IMG/VR virus record: IMGVR_UViG_2706796476_000001
Coordinates: 87,418-151,417 of that record
DNA: 64,000 nt
Source of the DNA: a virus
Taxonomy: Duplodnaviria; Caudoviricetes
Strand: one strand, 5' to 3'
Position numbers and translations under genes: made by a program. Of the stretch, positions 1-9,096 are shown in pieces. Below the pieces are notes generated by a model. The model made no database searches. It was not told the DNA's origin and was given only the letters and a program-made list of their open reading frames with translations. Positions within the stretch are counted from its first letter, which is position 1. Each line of letters begins with the position of its first letter.

Positions 1-2747
1 CCTCCGACGATACCGCCACCAATACCTCCGATAATGTTACCAACTCCCGGGACGATACTACCTAGTGCTGCCCCGGCTGCTGCGCCTGCTCCGATTCCCC
101 CGAGGATACCTCCAGCTGCGGAACCAGTTGCTTCCCCTTTTTTATCTTCAGGTGCCATAACGATTGATCCTACACCTGTTGCGATACCGATAGGGAGTGC
201 TGCTTTGCTTAAGAAAGAACCTGCTTTAGATAGCATACCGCCCGAAGCTCCTGTTGCTGCTCCTTCTACGGCTCCACTACCTCCGCCAAACCATCCTCCG
301 ACTTTTCCGAGGATACCTTTAGAACCTCCGGATGCCCCTTCAGCTGCTGCGGTTGCAGATGATATAGGTCTACCATCAGCCCCAACAATACCTCCAGCAC
401 CAGCGGTACCGGCTGCGGCACCTCCGCCTCCTCCACCGGGACGACCTCCAGTACCAGCAGCAAACGTTGTAGCTCCTCCTGCTCCTCCTGTAGCATGTTT
501 ACCCTTACCGAACCTACCTGATAGAGCTCCTATTCCTTTACGAAGAAGTGCTGATCCGCCTAGAGAAGCTGCGGAGGCTAGGGCTGCGGCAGTGAAGGCT
601 CCCATAGCGAGAATACCTGCGTAGGTAGCAGCATTAAAGCCTGACATGCTGGAGTTAGCCTTACGGAGTATTTCACCGTAGTCATATAACTGTGTGGCTT
701 GCTTCTGTGTGGTTGCATCACTTTGATTGTCAGTAGCTTCATGTGACTTCTGATACTGGCTTAGTTTATCGTCTCCCGCTTCTGCGCCAGTAGACTTGTT
801 TCCTTCGAGGATGCCTTGTAAGTTTTCTTGTGTTAGTGAGCCGTCTCTATATAGCCCCATTAGACCTTCTGTTTGGGACGCAGTTATATCTACCCCTAAC
901 TGGGATTGGACGATTCTTGCGAATGCTTCGTTCTGCCCGGACTCATCGGTTGTTACACTCTCCGCAGCTGCTGCAAGATCACGAATGTTATCAGGGTCAC
1001 TTATCCCTTTCTCCATTCGCTGTCTAAGTTCCCAGCTACCACCAAGACCTTGATATTTTGTACCCTGTCCCATAAGAAGCCTTAACTGCGGGTTATTGAC
1101 TCCTTGGCGTAGTCCTTCGTTCATATTCGTTAGAAGTTGTCCGCCTTGCTCGCCTTGTAATGATCTAACACCTGTACCAGCAAGCATAGACTGCATACCC
1201 ATGACGTTCATGACATCTTGGTTGCTAAGAGCTCTTCCGTTAGAGACACTTCCTAACAGTCCTTGCAAAGCCTTCAGTTGATCTTTCTCTCGACCTTCCA
1301 TTCCGCTCTGTTTAATAGCACCAATGAAACCATCTTGAATATCTTTGACTTGGTTACCGCTAACTGCGCCTGTCTTGAACATGGAGTTGAAGAAGTCTCC
1401 TGTAGTTTGAGCATCAATCCCGGCTGAACGTGAGAATCTTGCTTGGTTAGCCATTGCAGAGTTTAGATCATCCATGCTAGTAAATCCATTAGCGGACATA
1501 TAGCCACTTTGGAATTGCATCATTTCTTGACCCGTGAATCCTAGCTTATCTTGAAGTCCGCCATTAAGTGCAGCATCCCGAATCTGACTTCTCCATTGGT
1601 CCCCATCGAGCCCTGCGTGGCTTCCTAGCCCAATTACATCGTCACGCATACTTTTATTCAAGGAAGCACCTTGCATGTACAGACCGCCAGCTACAGCGCC
1701 TACAGCACCCGTCATCGCAAAACCTAAAGCAGGAGCACGCTCGTACGCCATACCGAGAGCAGTTCCTCGTTCCGGCTTAACTTCAACTCCGCCGTTTTTA
1801 GTTACTCGTTGGTTATACTGTTTCATGTTCTCGGTAGTTCTGTTAAGAACACGATCAAACTCCATACGTGCTTCTCGTTCTTTATCTAGTGCGTCGATTG
1901 TTTGTTGAAGAGCAACCTTTTTGTCAATCTCTGCTTGAGTCGCTGCTGGGTTGTTTTCAATTTCTTTGATCTGTCCACTGATCTCTGTACGTTTCTGACC
2001 GATTTTCGTCATTTCATTGAGGTTTTGTTCTCGCTGTCTTGTGTAGTCTTGCGTAGCTGTAAAGTAGTCCTTCTTGAAATTAGATGCTTGTTGGTAGGAC
2101 ATATAGTTAGAAGCTTCAGCTCGTCTTGACAAGCTCTCTGAACGACGATCTAGTTTAAGTACTTCTTGAATCTGTGACTTAAGGTCTTTTACTTTACTTG
2201 TAACCCCGTCTGTGTCCTGTGCCATCTGTTGCATAATTCGTTTAGACCTGTCGAAGTTTTCAGCTCCAGTAGGCAAGTTAAATACGTCGTTGGAGTTAAA
2301 AATGTGCTTAAAGTCTTTACTAGCCTTCTGCTGGAAGCTTGCAGTCTCTCTATGGCGAGCTAGAGTTTTCTCATACTCTTTCTGTAGCTGTCTTTGCTGC
2401 ATGATTGCTGCACGAGACTGATCATCCATTGTTTGCTTAAGCTTGTTGATTTCTTGTCTCTGCTGCTCAGTAGCCCCTTTTGGAATCTGCAAACCGGAAG
2501 ACATGTCTCGCATCTTTTCTCTAAGCTGGTTTAAATCGCTGCTCATGCTACGGTACATTCTAGTTAATTGTGACATAGATCGCATACTCTTATCTATATC
2601 TTTTTGGGTAGTTGTTGAGTAGTTGTCTACGCCCTTGTTACGAATGTCTTCAATGTTTTGCATAAGTTTTTCTAGTTGCTGCAACTTAGATACGGCTTGC
2701 CGGGTTTCAGCATCGACATTAAAGATATATTGTTCTACGTTAGCCAT
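1..2747 (-). CDS. Tail tape measure protein (5' part; runs off the window start)
   Basis: ATG at 2747 after RBS GAAAGGAG; reads MANVEQYIFNVDAETRQAVSKLQQLEKLM; coiled-coil then Gly/Ala-rich; follows the tail chaperones. Absent from the ORF track, presumably because it has no stop in the window. Confidence 0.9.
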   Translation of the reverse strand, partial: MANVEQYIFNVDAETRQAVSKLQQLEKLMQNIEDIRNKGVDNYSTTTQKDIDKSMRSMSQLTRMYRSMSSDLNQLREKMRDMSSGLQIPKGATEQQRQEINKLKQTMDDQSRAAIMQQRQLQKEYEKTLARHRETASFQQKASKDFKHIFNSNDVFNLPTGAENFDRSKRIMQQMAQDTDGVTSKVKDLKSQIQEVLKLDRRSESLSRRAEASNYMSYQQASNFKKDYFTATQDYTRQREQNLNEMTKIGQKRTEISGQIKEIENNPAATQAEIDKKVALQQTIDALDKEREARMEFDRVLNRTTENMKQYNQRVTKNGGVEVKPERGTALGMAYERAPALGFAMTGAVGAVAGGLYMQGASLNKSMRDDVIGLGSHAGLDGDQWRSQIRDAALNGGLQDKLGFTGQEMMQFQSGYMSANGFTSMDDLNSAMANQARFSRSAGIDAQTTGDFFNSMFKTGAVSGNQVKDIQDGFIGAIKQSGMEGREKDQLKALQGLLGSVSNGRALSNQDVMNVMGMQSMLAGTGVRSLQGEQGGQLLTNMNEGLRQGVNNPQLRLLMGQGTKYQGLGGSWELRQRMEKGISDPDNIRDLAAAAESVTTDESGQNEAFARIVQSQLGVDITASQTEGLMGLYRDGSLTQENLQGILEGNKSTGAEAGDDKLSQYQKSHEATDNQSDATTQKQATQLYDYGEILRKANSSMSGFNAATYAGILAMGAFTAAALASAASLGGSALLRKGIGALSGRFGKGKHATGGAGGATTFAAGTGGRPGGGGGGAAAGTAGAGGIVGADGRPISSATAAAEGASGGSKGILGKVGGWFGGGSGAVEGAATGASGGMLSKAGSFLSKAALPIGIATGVGSIVMAPEDKKGEATGSAAGGILGGIGAGAAAGAALGSIVPGVGNIIGGIGGGIVG

Positions 2748-2797
2748 AAGATCACGCTCCTTTCATAAAAATGGGGCAAGGGTGTATAACCCTTACC

Positions 2798-3388
2798 CTA
2801 CAATGCAGTGAAGTCATCATCGTCGTCTTCATCGCCGTTAAACAGTGCAATAGACTTGTCCATTACTTCTTTGTTAAGTGCTGCTGCACTATCGTCTTGT
2901 TTGCCTTCAATGATTTTTCGGTCATCTACAAGCTTCCCTTTCCCTCCAGCAGCCTCTATATCTTTTGCCTTATCAAGAGCTTCTTGAAGGCGTTTATTCA
3001 TATACTGTTCGACTTCGGTTTCCTTAACAGTTTGTCCGCCATCTTCCCTGTACTGATTGTACTCGTCAAGACCATCGAACTTGCTATCAAGATTTTTCAT
3101 ATCCTCTTGCTTAGTAAGTTTCTCAACTTGTTTAGCAATGTCATTGGCATCATGACCATCCTTAAGTACATCCCAGTCTCCAACTTCTTTGTTCCATACT
3201 TCATCTTCGAAGTTTGTGTCGTAGTGTTCTGAATCGACAGTAAGACCTTTTCTAGCCAGTTCCATCTCACGAGCGTCCTCATTCATGGACATAATCATGA
3301 AATGAATTTGATGGTCTGTTAGGGCTAGGAAGTTAGGGTCGGTAGGAAGAACATTAAAGGTCTTCATGATTGCCCATAAGTTTCTCAT
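2798..3388 (-). CDS. Tail assembly chaperone, downstream (frameshift-extension) ORF
   Basis: Lies between the chaperone and tape measure genes; the frame stays open upstream of the ATG back to the TCC TTT CGA site at 3441-3449. Confidence 0.8.
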   Translation of the reverse strand: MRNLWAIMKTFNVLPTDPNFLALTDHQIHFMIMSMNEDAREMELARKGLTVDSEHYDTNFEDEVWNKEVGDWDVLKDGHDANDIAKQVEKLTKQEDMKNLDSKFDGLDEYNQYREDGGQTVKETEVEQYMNKRLQEALDKAKDIEAAGGKGKLVDDRKIIEGKQDDSAAALNKEVMDKSIALFNGDEDDDDDFTAL

Positions 3389-3434
3389 GTAAGGGGTTCT
3401 AACTAAAGCCTTTGCCCCTCCTAAAGAATGTAAG

Positions 3435-3842
3435 TTAGCTTCGAAAGGAGTTTAACCACGCTTGATAATCCTTCCCGATGATGTATAGTGGGTCAAAATT
3501 GTAAATATCTTCGTCTTTCGCTAGTTCTTTAGGAACGTCGATACCTACGATTCTTATAGCAGATAACGTGTCAAACACAGTGATAAAATATTCACTGGCG
3601 TAGTTATTCATACCGTTTAAATAAGCGGCTGTTCGAGAATGAATTTTCCCAGCGTCTACGGCATTCGGAACTCTTAGTTTGATTTTAATTGTTCTATCAA
3701 ACTCCTTAAAATCATAATCCTTTTCGAATACGTCATTCACACCTCGAATGACACGGTCAATAACCTTCTTCTGCTCGAACTGTTTTTCAACTTCCCGTTC
3801 TTCAGCAGTCTTTTCTAAGTTATTATCTAAATTTTCTGACAT
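3435..3842 (-). CDS. Tail assembly chaperone
   Basis: RBS AGGAGG, late-promoter motif upstream, synteny before the tape measure gene; ends ...NSFRS. Confidence 0.8.
   Translation of the reverse strand: MSENLDNNLEKTAEEREVEKQFEQKKVIDRVIRGVNDVFEKDYDFKEFDRTIKIKLRVPNAVDAGKIHSRTAAYLNGMNNYASEYFITVFDTLSAIRIVGIDVPKELAKDEDIYNFDPLYIIGKDYQAWLNSFRS
3441..3449 (-). other. Putative +1 programmed ribosomal frameshift site UCC_UUU_CGA
   Basis: A +1 slip gives TTC GAA GCT AAC TTA CAT ... TAC ATG AGA AAC, in frame with 2798..3388 and without a stop. Confidence 0.75.
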
Positions 3843-3874
3843 GTTTGAATCCTCCTATGTAATGTCCTTACTAA

Positions 3875-3884
3875 TAATATAGCA
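3875..3884 (-). promoter_or_regulatory. Late promoter motif TGCTATATTA
   Basis: Identical 10-mer upstream of the chaperone, capsid (14239) and protease (16066) genes; resembles the Herelleviridae late-promoter consensus TGTTATATTA. Confidence 0.7.
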
Positions 3885-3925
3885 GTGAATAGTGTCCTAT
3901 TTACATTATAACATACAAAAGGGGG

Positions 3926-4513
3926 TTACTCCCCTTTGTATCGGTAGTAACCCCAGTTTGCTTTTGCGATTCTTGGTTCGTATTCTCTCACCTGCTGCAA
4001 TAATGCGTATATTGAGTGTGTCGGAATTTTTCGTCCCTCTAATTCTAGTTTAATCTCATTGAGAGTGAGTGGTTCTCCAGCTTCTTTTAGAATGTTTACA
4101 ATGAGTCTAGCAACTTTCTTAACATCTCGTCTTTCTGCTCCTGCCCTAGATGTTCTGTACTTGCCACGTCTTTTTCCTTTACTAGTGTTTGTAGCCTTAA
4201 TTGGACTTTCGAATGGAGGAGGAACATCATCATCATTGTTGTCTACAACTGTGTTAGGATACATAACTTGTTGATTTTGGTTGTACATCCTTACAGTTGC
4301 TGCAATTTCATCCTCTTGGTCCGCAATGTTATTTTCTATTTTATTAGCATCAATCAGCGGAAGGCTAATTGAGTCTAGTTTTTCTATTTTTTCTACTACG
4401 CCTTTAAGTTCTTCTTGTACCATTTCAATCCTAGACTGGTGATATATCACCTGCTGCTTTAAGTATTCTGCATACATACGGTTTGCTTCTCTTTCTGTGT
4501 ACATCTTTTCCAT
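3926..4513 (-). CDS. Rok-like nucleoid-associated protein / transcriptional repressor
   Basis: N-terminal MYTEREANRM coiled coil, Q/N/P-rich linker, basic patch and C-terminal winged helix ending EPRIAKANWGYYRYKGE; matches the B. subtilis Rok architecture as recalled. Confidence 0.7.
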   Translation of the reverse strand: MEKMYTEREANRMYAEYLKQQVIYHQSRIEMVQEELKGVVEKIEKLDSISLPLIDANKIENNIADQEDEIAATVRMYNQNQQVMYPNTVVDNNDDDVPPPFESPIKATNTSKGKRRGKYRTSRAGAERRDVKKVARLIVNILKEAGEPLTLNEIKLELEGRKIPTHSIYALLQQVREYEPRIAKANWGYYRYKGE

Positions 4514-4621
4514 TATTCAGTCACGCTCCCTAGTAATTTATTTTTCTCTCTGTAAGGTAATAATACTACAGGTCTTGGCATATGTCAATGAGGTAATAAA
4601 AAAACAGGAGAGAATCTCCTG

Positions 4622-5230
4622 TTAATTTTGGACTGTAACCTTTACTGTTTTACGACCAAACTGTAATGCGTCTGCTTGACTTGGCATGAAGATGTCAATG
4701 CGGTTTCCTTTAATTGCTCCGCCTGTGTCTGCTGCAATGGCTTGTCCATACCCTTCAACGTACACTGTAGAGCCAAGTGGAATTACATTAGGGTCTACGG
4801 CAATAACTTTTTGATTAGGGTTAGATCGTAAATCGACTCCTGTAGCTGTGATCCCTGAGCATCCGTAGCAATAAGCTGTGTATGCTGTAGCGACTACCTG
4901 TAAGCTTCTTCCGTTAGCAGCTGGTTTACTGTCTGCGACGGGCTTGCTTTCTACAGCAGGTGAAGATTTTTTAGCAGTCTTATAGGAAACGGCACTAGAT
5001 TCTCCTCGTAATTTGCTTAGCAAAGTAATATTTTGTTTTTCAGAACCTCGGTATTTAGATATACCGATTGCTCCTGCAAGCTTTGTTCTGTTCTCGAAGC
5101 TCGCATCTTTTCCTTGTGCGGCTAGATAGTCAACCACGCTGTTTCTGTCGTAAGCTGATGCAGCGCCTGCGCTCGAAAATAACGCACCTGCTGTTACTGC
5201 ACAAGTAATAAGTACCTTCTTCAAATTCAT
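4622..5230 (-). CDS. Secreted 3D-domain cell-wall protein with a DUF3597-like module
   Basis: Signal peptide; SVVDYL...SFENR.KLA...Y.G...QN module; C-terminal ATAYT...IAVDPNVIPLGS...AADTGGAIKGNRIDIF 3D domain. Confidence 0.9.
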   Translation of the reverse strand: MNLKKVLITCAVTAGALFSSAGAASAYDRNSVVDYLAAQGKDASFENRTKLAGAIGISKYRGSEKQNITLLSKLRGESSAVSYKTAKKSSPAVESKPVADSKPAANGRSLQVVATAYTAYCYGCSGITATGVDLRSNPNQKVIAVDPNVIPLGSTVYVEGYGQAIAADTGGAIKGNRIDIFMPSQADALQFGRKTVKVTVQN

Positions 5231-5383
5231 TGTGTTGCCCCTCTCTAGGTTTTGTACACTATTATGTACTTACTCTAATGTAACACATACGCTACCCTTA
5301 ATCTACAAATTAGGACGATTGTAACACAACTGTAACATAGAGAGTAGTAAAAAAGACCCGTTAGGGTCTTTAATTAGCTTAGT

Positions 5384-5785
5384 TTATTTATCTTTGCTAG
5401 TCTGTAGTTCAATATCCGGGATGATATTTTCAGGACGGAACAGAATCTTGTAACGGAACGGGTCCTCTTTGTTTGGCTCCAGCTGCTCTGCAAAGAAACT
5501 CACGTTGTCGCTTAGTCCGAGATAGTGTTTCTTGTATTCGTTCTTCCCTACTTTACAAGTAACCGTCATACGAAGGTCACTATCGCTGTTACCAAGAGCA
5601 CATAAACCCTCAACAGTCAAAAGGTACTTATCAGTAATCCCGTTAAAGAAAACGATCCTCCGCTGAACATCGAATGAGTCCGAAGACTTTGAGATGTTTT
5701 TAGATACTACGTCTGCCTCACTGTCACAGGCTGCTACAAAGATTGCCATTAATACAATCGTTAGTGCTAGTAACTTCTTTTTCAT
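5384..5785 (-). CDS. Phage lipoprotein
   Basis: MKKK, hydrophobic core and lipobox VAAC. Confidence 0.75.
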   Translation of the reverse strand: MKKKLLALTIVLMAIFVAACDSEADVVSKNISKSSDSFDVQRRIVFFNGITDKYLLTVEGLCALGNSDSDLRMTVTCKVGKNEYKKHYLGLSDNVSFFAEQLEPNKEDPFRYKILFRPENIIPDIELQTSKDK

Positions 5786-5798
5786 TTAACCTTTCCTC

Positions 5799-6146
5799 CT
5801 AGTATTCGTATTTGTTAATCTCTTTTTTCAACTGCCTTACAATTTCTTGAACTTCGGGATTAGTTATCTCGTTATCTTTAATAAACCGCTCAATAACGTC
5901 CTCTACCTTAGCCTCTGTATTATAATTCCCCGATGATGCTGCTGCGATTACATAGTTTAACGGTAATTCCCCTAAAGAACTAAATTCGTGTAATGATTCT
6001 CCTTTATTCCATGTTTCCCATTCTTTCTCAACATAATCAGCCAAGGAAAAATAGCTGTCGTACATTCCCCTTAAGACATCTAAAGCTTTTTCTTGCTCTT
6101 TAGTAACAATAATTCCGTGGCGATCTTCCATAGGTTTTCTAACCAT
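5799..6146 (-). CDS. Hypothetical protein, paralog of 6168..6521
   Basis: RBS present; shares VTKxQ..AL and LGEL...VIAAA.SGNY.T. Confidence 0.8.
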   Translation of the reverse strand: MVRKPMEDRHGIIVTKEQEKALDVLRGMYDSYFSLADYVEKEWETWNKGESLHEFSSLGELPLNYVIAAASSGNYNTEAKVEDVIERFIKDNEITNPEVQEIVRQLKKEINKYEY

Positions 6147-6167
6147 TATAACTCTCCTCCTAGTTTA

Positions 6168-6521
6168 TTATTTAGTGTCGTAGTTCCGTAAAATCTCGAG
6201 TAATCTCTTCATTACAACTACTTCTTGATCATCAGCCGTATCCATACAGAAATTAATAATAGTTTCCGTATCCATACATGTTGTGTAGTTACCCGATATT
6301 GCCGCTGCGATTACATCGTGCATATCTAATTCACCTAAAGGGTAGTATATACTATCTGCGGATGATTCTTTTTTGTTCCAAAATTTCCATGCATTCTTAA
6401 TAGTTGAAGCCAAGCTGTAAGGGTTTCTGCACTCTTGATCAAGCTTCTCGAGAGCCTCTTTTTGATCTTTGGTTACGAGCAACCAACCGTCACTTGTAAG
6501 TATATCCGGGTTTTTAATCAT
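6168..6521 (-). CDS. Hypothetical protein, paralog of 5799..6146
   Basis: RBS AGGAGG; a TTGACT promoter lies upstream. Confidence 0.8.
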   Translation of the reverse strand: MIKNPDILTSDGWLLVTKDQKEALEKLDQECRNPYSLASTIKNAWKFWNKKESSADSIYYPLGELDMHDVIAAAISGNYTTCMDTETIINFCMDTADDQEVVVMKRLLEILRNYDTK

Positions 6522-6613
6522 GTTAATTCCTCCTAATACTCGTTTGATACTCTGTATGTTACAGTCTTTTCCTGCTTAAGTCAACTATATTTTTTATAAA
6601 ACTTGTGAAAACA

Positions 6614-6639
6614 AAAAAAAGAGACTCGAAAGTCTCTTT
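6614..6639 (-). terminator. Intrinsic terminator after the tail tube gene
   Basis: AGAGACT-TCG-AGTCTCT-type hairpin followed by a U-tract on the minus strand. Confidence 0.8.
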
Positions 6640-7064
6640 TAGCTTCGCACGTTTGCAGAAGTCAAGAAGTAGAATCTAGCAGACTCACTCGTGATTTCTC
6701 CTACGCTTGTAGTTTCGTTGTATGTATCAATAGAGCATCCACGATATGCGATGATAACTTCTTGTGTATAGTTATCGTAAAGTACGATGTCCATGATGTC
6801 CATTTGAAGTACTTCTTCTCCAAGAGCAGCTAAACCTAGTTTAGCTAAGTTTTCTTTCTTCATTCGGAAACGCTCTACTGTTACAGAGCCCTCATAACGA
6901 AGATATACGTGCTCTTGCGGCATGATAGAACCGATTTGGTATACCCCAGTAGTTCCGAAAGAACGTTCAGCTGAGATAGATTGTGCCCGTGCGATCGGTA
7001 CGTTTTTAATCATGAAGTATACCGTATTACCAGTATGTACGGATTGGTTAGTAACACTTGCCAC
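6639..7064 (-). CDS. Tail tube protein
   Basis: MASVTNQSVHTGNTVYFMIKN, typical Herelleviridae tube; directly after the sheath gene. Confidence 0.9.
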   Translation of the reverse strand: MASVTNQSVHTGNTVYFMIKNVPIARAQSISAERSFGTTGVYQIGSIMPQEHVYLRYEGSVTVERFRMKKENLAKLGLAALGEEVLQMDIMDIVLYDNYTQEVIIAYRGCSIDTYNETTSVGEITSESARFYFLTSANVRS

Positions 7065-7116
7065 AGGTTTTCACTCCTATTCTATAAGTTTAGGGGAGAC
7101 TCGCTCCCCAGTTAAA

Positions 7117-8829
7117 TTAAGCAGTAAGCTCGTTATCCTCGTAAGTCATGTAGACGTTGATAAAGTCAAGACCTTGAGAAGGTTGAACTGTTAAGTTGAT
7201 ACGGGCTGTATTGCCGTTGATAACGACCTGAACATCGTCCGGGTTATAGTCAACGATTAGTCCGCCAACATTCTTTTGTTGGTCAAGGAATGATTCAACT
7301 CGGTTCTTGATGATAGAAGCAGAAGTCTGTCTGATACGGGTACCGACAAATTCATTATCAAGAACTTCACGGAGCTCAGTTGTCAAGAAGTCAGAAATCT
7401 CACCAAGAGATATACGGTTTTGAACTGGCTCAGTGCTTACGTTGTAAGTAGTTGGATCACTTACAATACGGAAGTGAGAAGATGCACGAGTTCTTACAAA
7501 CTCTAGCATGATGACTCCGGAGCTGTTAAGCTGGTCAAGTTGATCTCCTGTGAACTTGCGGTCAAGAGATTCAATATTCAATCGTTTGTATGTAAGTGGC
7601 TCTCCTACTTCAAGTCCACTAGCGATACCAGCGATCATAGCAGCCGTCATGTAGCCCGGAATGTTGTAGATACGACCGTCGGACATTCTACGTGATCCTG
7701 AAGCTCCTACAAGCCCGATACGAGCGTTACGAAGGTTCATCTGACGACCTCTTAGTGACTCAAGAGATTCGTTAATTCCTGCCCCTACAAAGCCTCTGAA
7801 GTGAGCTCCGTTGTTGGACTCGTCACGTAGGAACTGAGAAAGCTCTCCGTGGATTGCTGCGTCTGAAGTCAATGGAACGATGTAGTAAGCACCCATGTCA
7901 GCTACTTTAGCAAATAGGCTAGCCCAAGATGCAGGAGCTGGTTCTGTCTTAGCACCTGAAAGGTTCTTAAGTGCGATAGTGTCAGGAACTGCTTGTAGAC
8001 GGTTAACTTCTACTTCTACATATGTATCGTTCTCGATTTGGTTTTGAAGATCAGCACCAATGGCTTTAACTACTGCATCTTTACCTTTGATGTCTGTTTC
8101 AGTAAGCGCATCTAGGTAGTCAGTGTAGATGTTTTTGTTTCCACCTAGAGAGTTCATGCTAGCTTTAAAGTCAGGAAGGTTGTTAATATCGTTTACAAGT
8201 ACGTGAACGTCTTGGTAAACACCTTGTCCTAACTCATAAGTACGAACGGCAGTCAACGACTCAGCATCGTCTCCTACGCTAAGAATTAAGCGAGTAGCCA
8301 TTTTAGAAGATGAGTCTACTTCTACCTTTACAGTTGCAGCAGCTTCTTCTCCTGTGTACTGAACGCTGAAGATGTTACCGATGTTGTCGTATACTTTCTC
8401 ATAGCGCTCTTTTGTGAAGTAAATGCTTAAGCGTTTAGCATTCGTAAGCGTGTTATCTGCAAGCTCTAATTGAATAGAGTTCGCATCTACACCGTATAAC
8501 TTAGACTTAAATGTAAGTCCACCTTGAGCTAAAGTAGCTTGTGTTGCTTCATCTGTACGAATAGCAACGATCTTACCTGCTCCTGCTACGTTTGGAGATG
8601 GATTCCAAGCTAACTCGATAGCGTCTAGTAACTCTCCGCCACGGAAGATGTCACGAGCTTGAGCGTAGTTTGTGATTGTTACCGGCGTGTGAGGTTTTCC
8701 ACCATTAGCGGAACCTACTAAGATAAGTGATTTTTCAGATGTCGGGTTAGCAGCACCTAATGAACTTGAATCTAGGAAAATCTCAGTTCTTGGGCGGACT
8801 CTGCTGTGACCATATGATTGTTCTGCCAT
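7117..8829 (-). CDS. Tail sheath protein
   Basis: 570 aa; RP.TEI...IFRGGELLDAIELAWNP N-terminus and sheath C-terminal domain. Confidence 0.95.
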   Translation of the reverse strand: MAEQSYGHSRVRPRTEIFLDSSSLGAANPTSEKSLILVGSANGGKPHTPVTITNYAQARDIFRGGELLDAIELAWNPSPNVAGAGKIVAIRTDEATQATLAQGGLTFKSKLYGVDANSIQLELADNTLTNAKRLSIYFTKERYEKVYDNIGNIFSVQYTGEEAAATVKVEVDSSSKMATRLILSVGDDAESLTAVRTYELGQGVYQDVHVLVNDINNLPDFKASMNSLGGNKNIYTDYLDALTETDIKGKDAVVKAIGADLQNQIENDTYVEVEVNRLQAVPDTIALKNLSGAKTEPAPASWASLFAKVADMGAYYIVPLTSDAAIHGELSQFLRDESNNGAHFRGFVGAGINESLESLRGRQMNLRNARIGLVGASGSRRMSDGRIYNIPGYMTAAMIAGIASGLEVGEPLTYKRLNIESLDRKFTGDQLDQLNSSGVIMLEFVRTRASSHFRIVSDPTTYNVSTEPVQNRISLGEISDFLTTELREVLDNEFVGTRIRQTSASIIKNRVESFLDQQKNVGGLIVDYNPDDVQVVINGNTARINLTVQPSQGLDFINVYMTYEDNELTA

Positions 8830-8856
8830 TATCTATATCTTCCTTTCTATCCTTTA

Positions 8857-9096
8857 TTAGTCTTCAATTTTGAAGTGTTCCTTTAATTCGTCCAAGAATA
8901 CTTTCTCGTCGTGCTGGTAATGCCGACCCCTCATCTTAGCTTTAAACCCTGCTACCTCTACTGAGGAAAGGTCAAAGAGCTGTTGTGCGGTCTGTAAGAA
9001 AGTATCAATGTGGATATATGATCGAGGCTTTGGGTATATAGCCTTTTTCACTTCTTTAACTTCTTTCGTCTGTTTGGCATTTTTCTTTTCAGCCAT
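8857..9096 (-). CDS. Conserved small hypothetical protein
   Basis: Start revised to ATG 9096 (MAEKKNAK) after RBS GAGGAGG. Confidence 0.7.
   Translation of the reverse strand: MAEKKNAKQTKEVKEVKKAIYPKPRSYIHIDTFLQTAQQLFDLSSVEVAGFKAKMRGRHYQHDEKVFLDELKEHFKIED

Noticed and set aside
34-2811. Plus-strand ORFs, including the Pro/Ala-rich 34..624
   Set aside because: Antisense shadows of the Gly/Ala-rich tape measure gene; no RBS.
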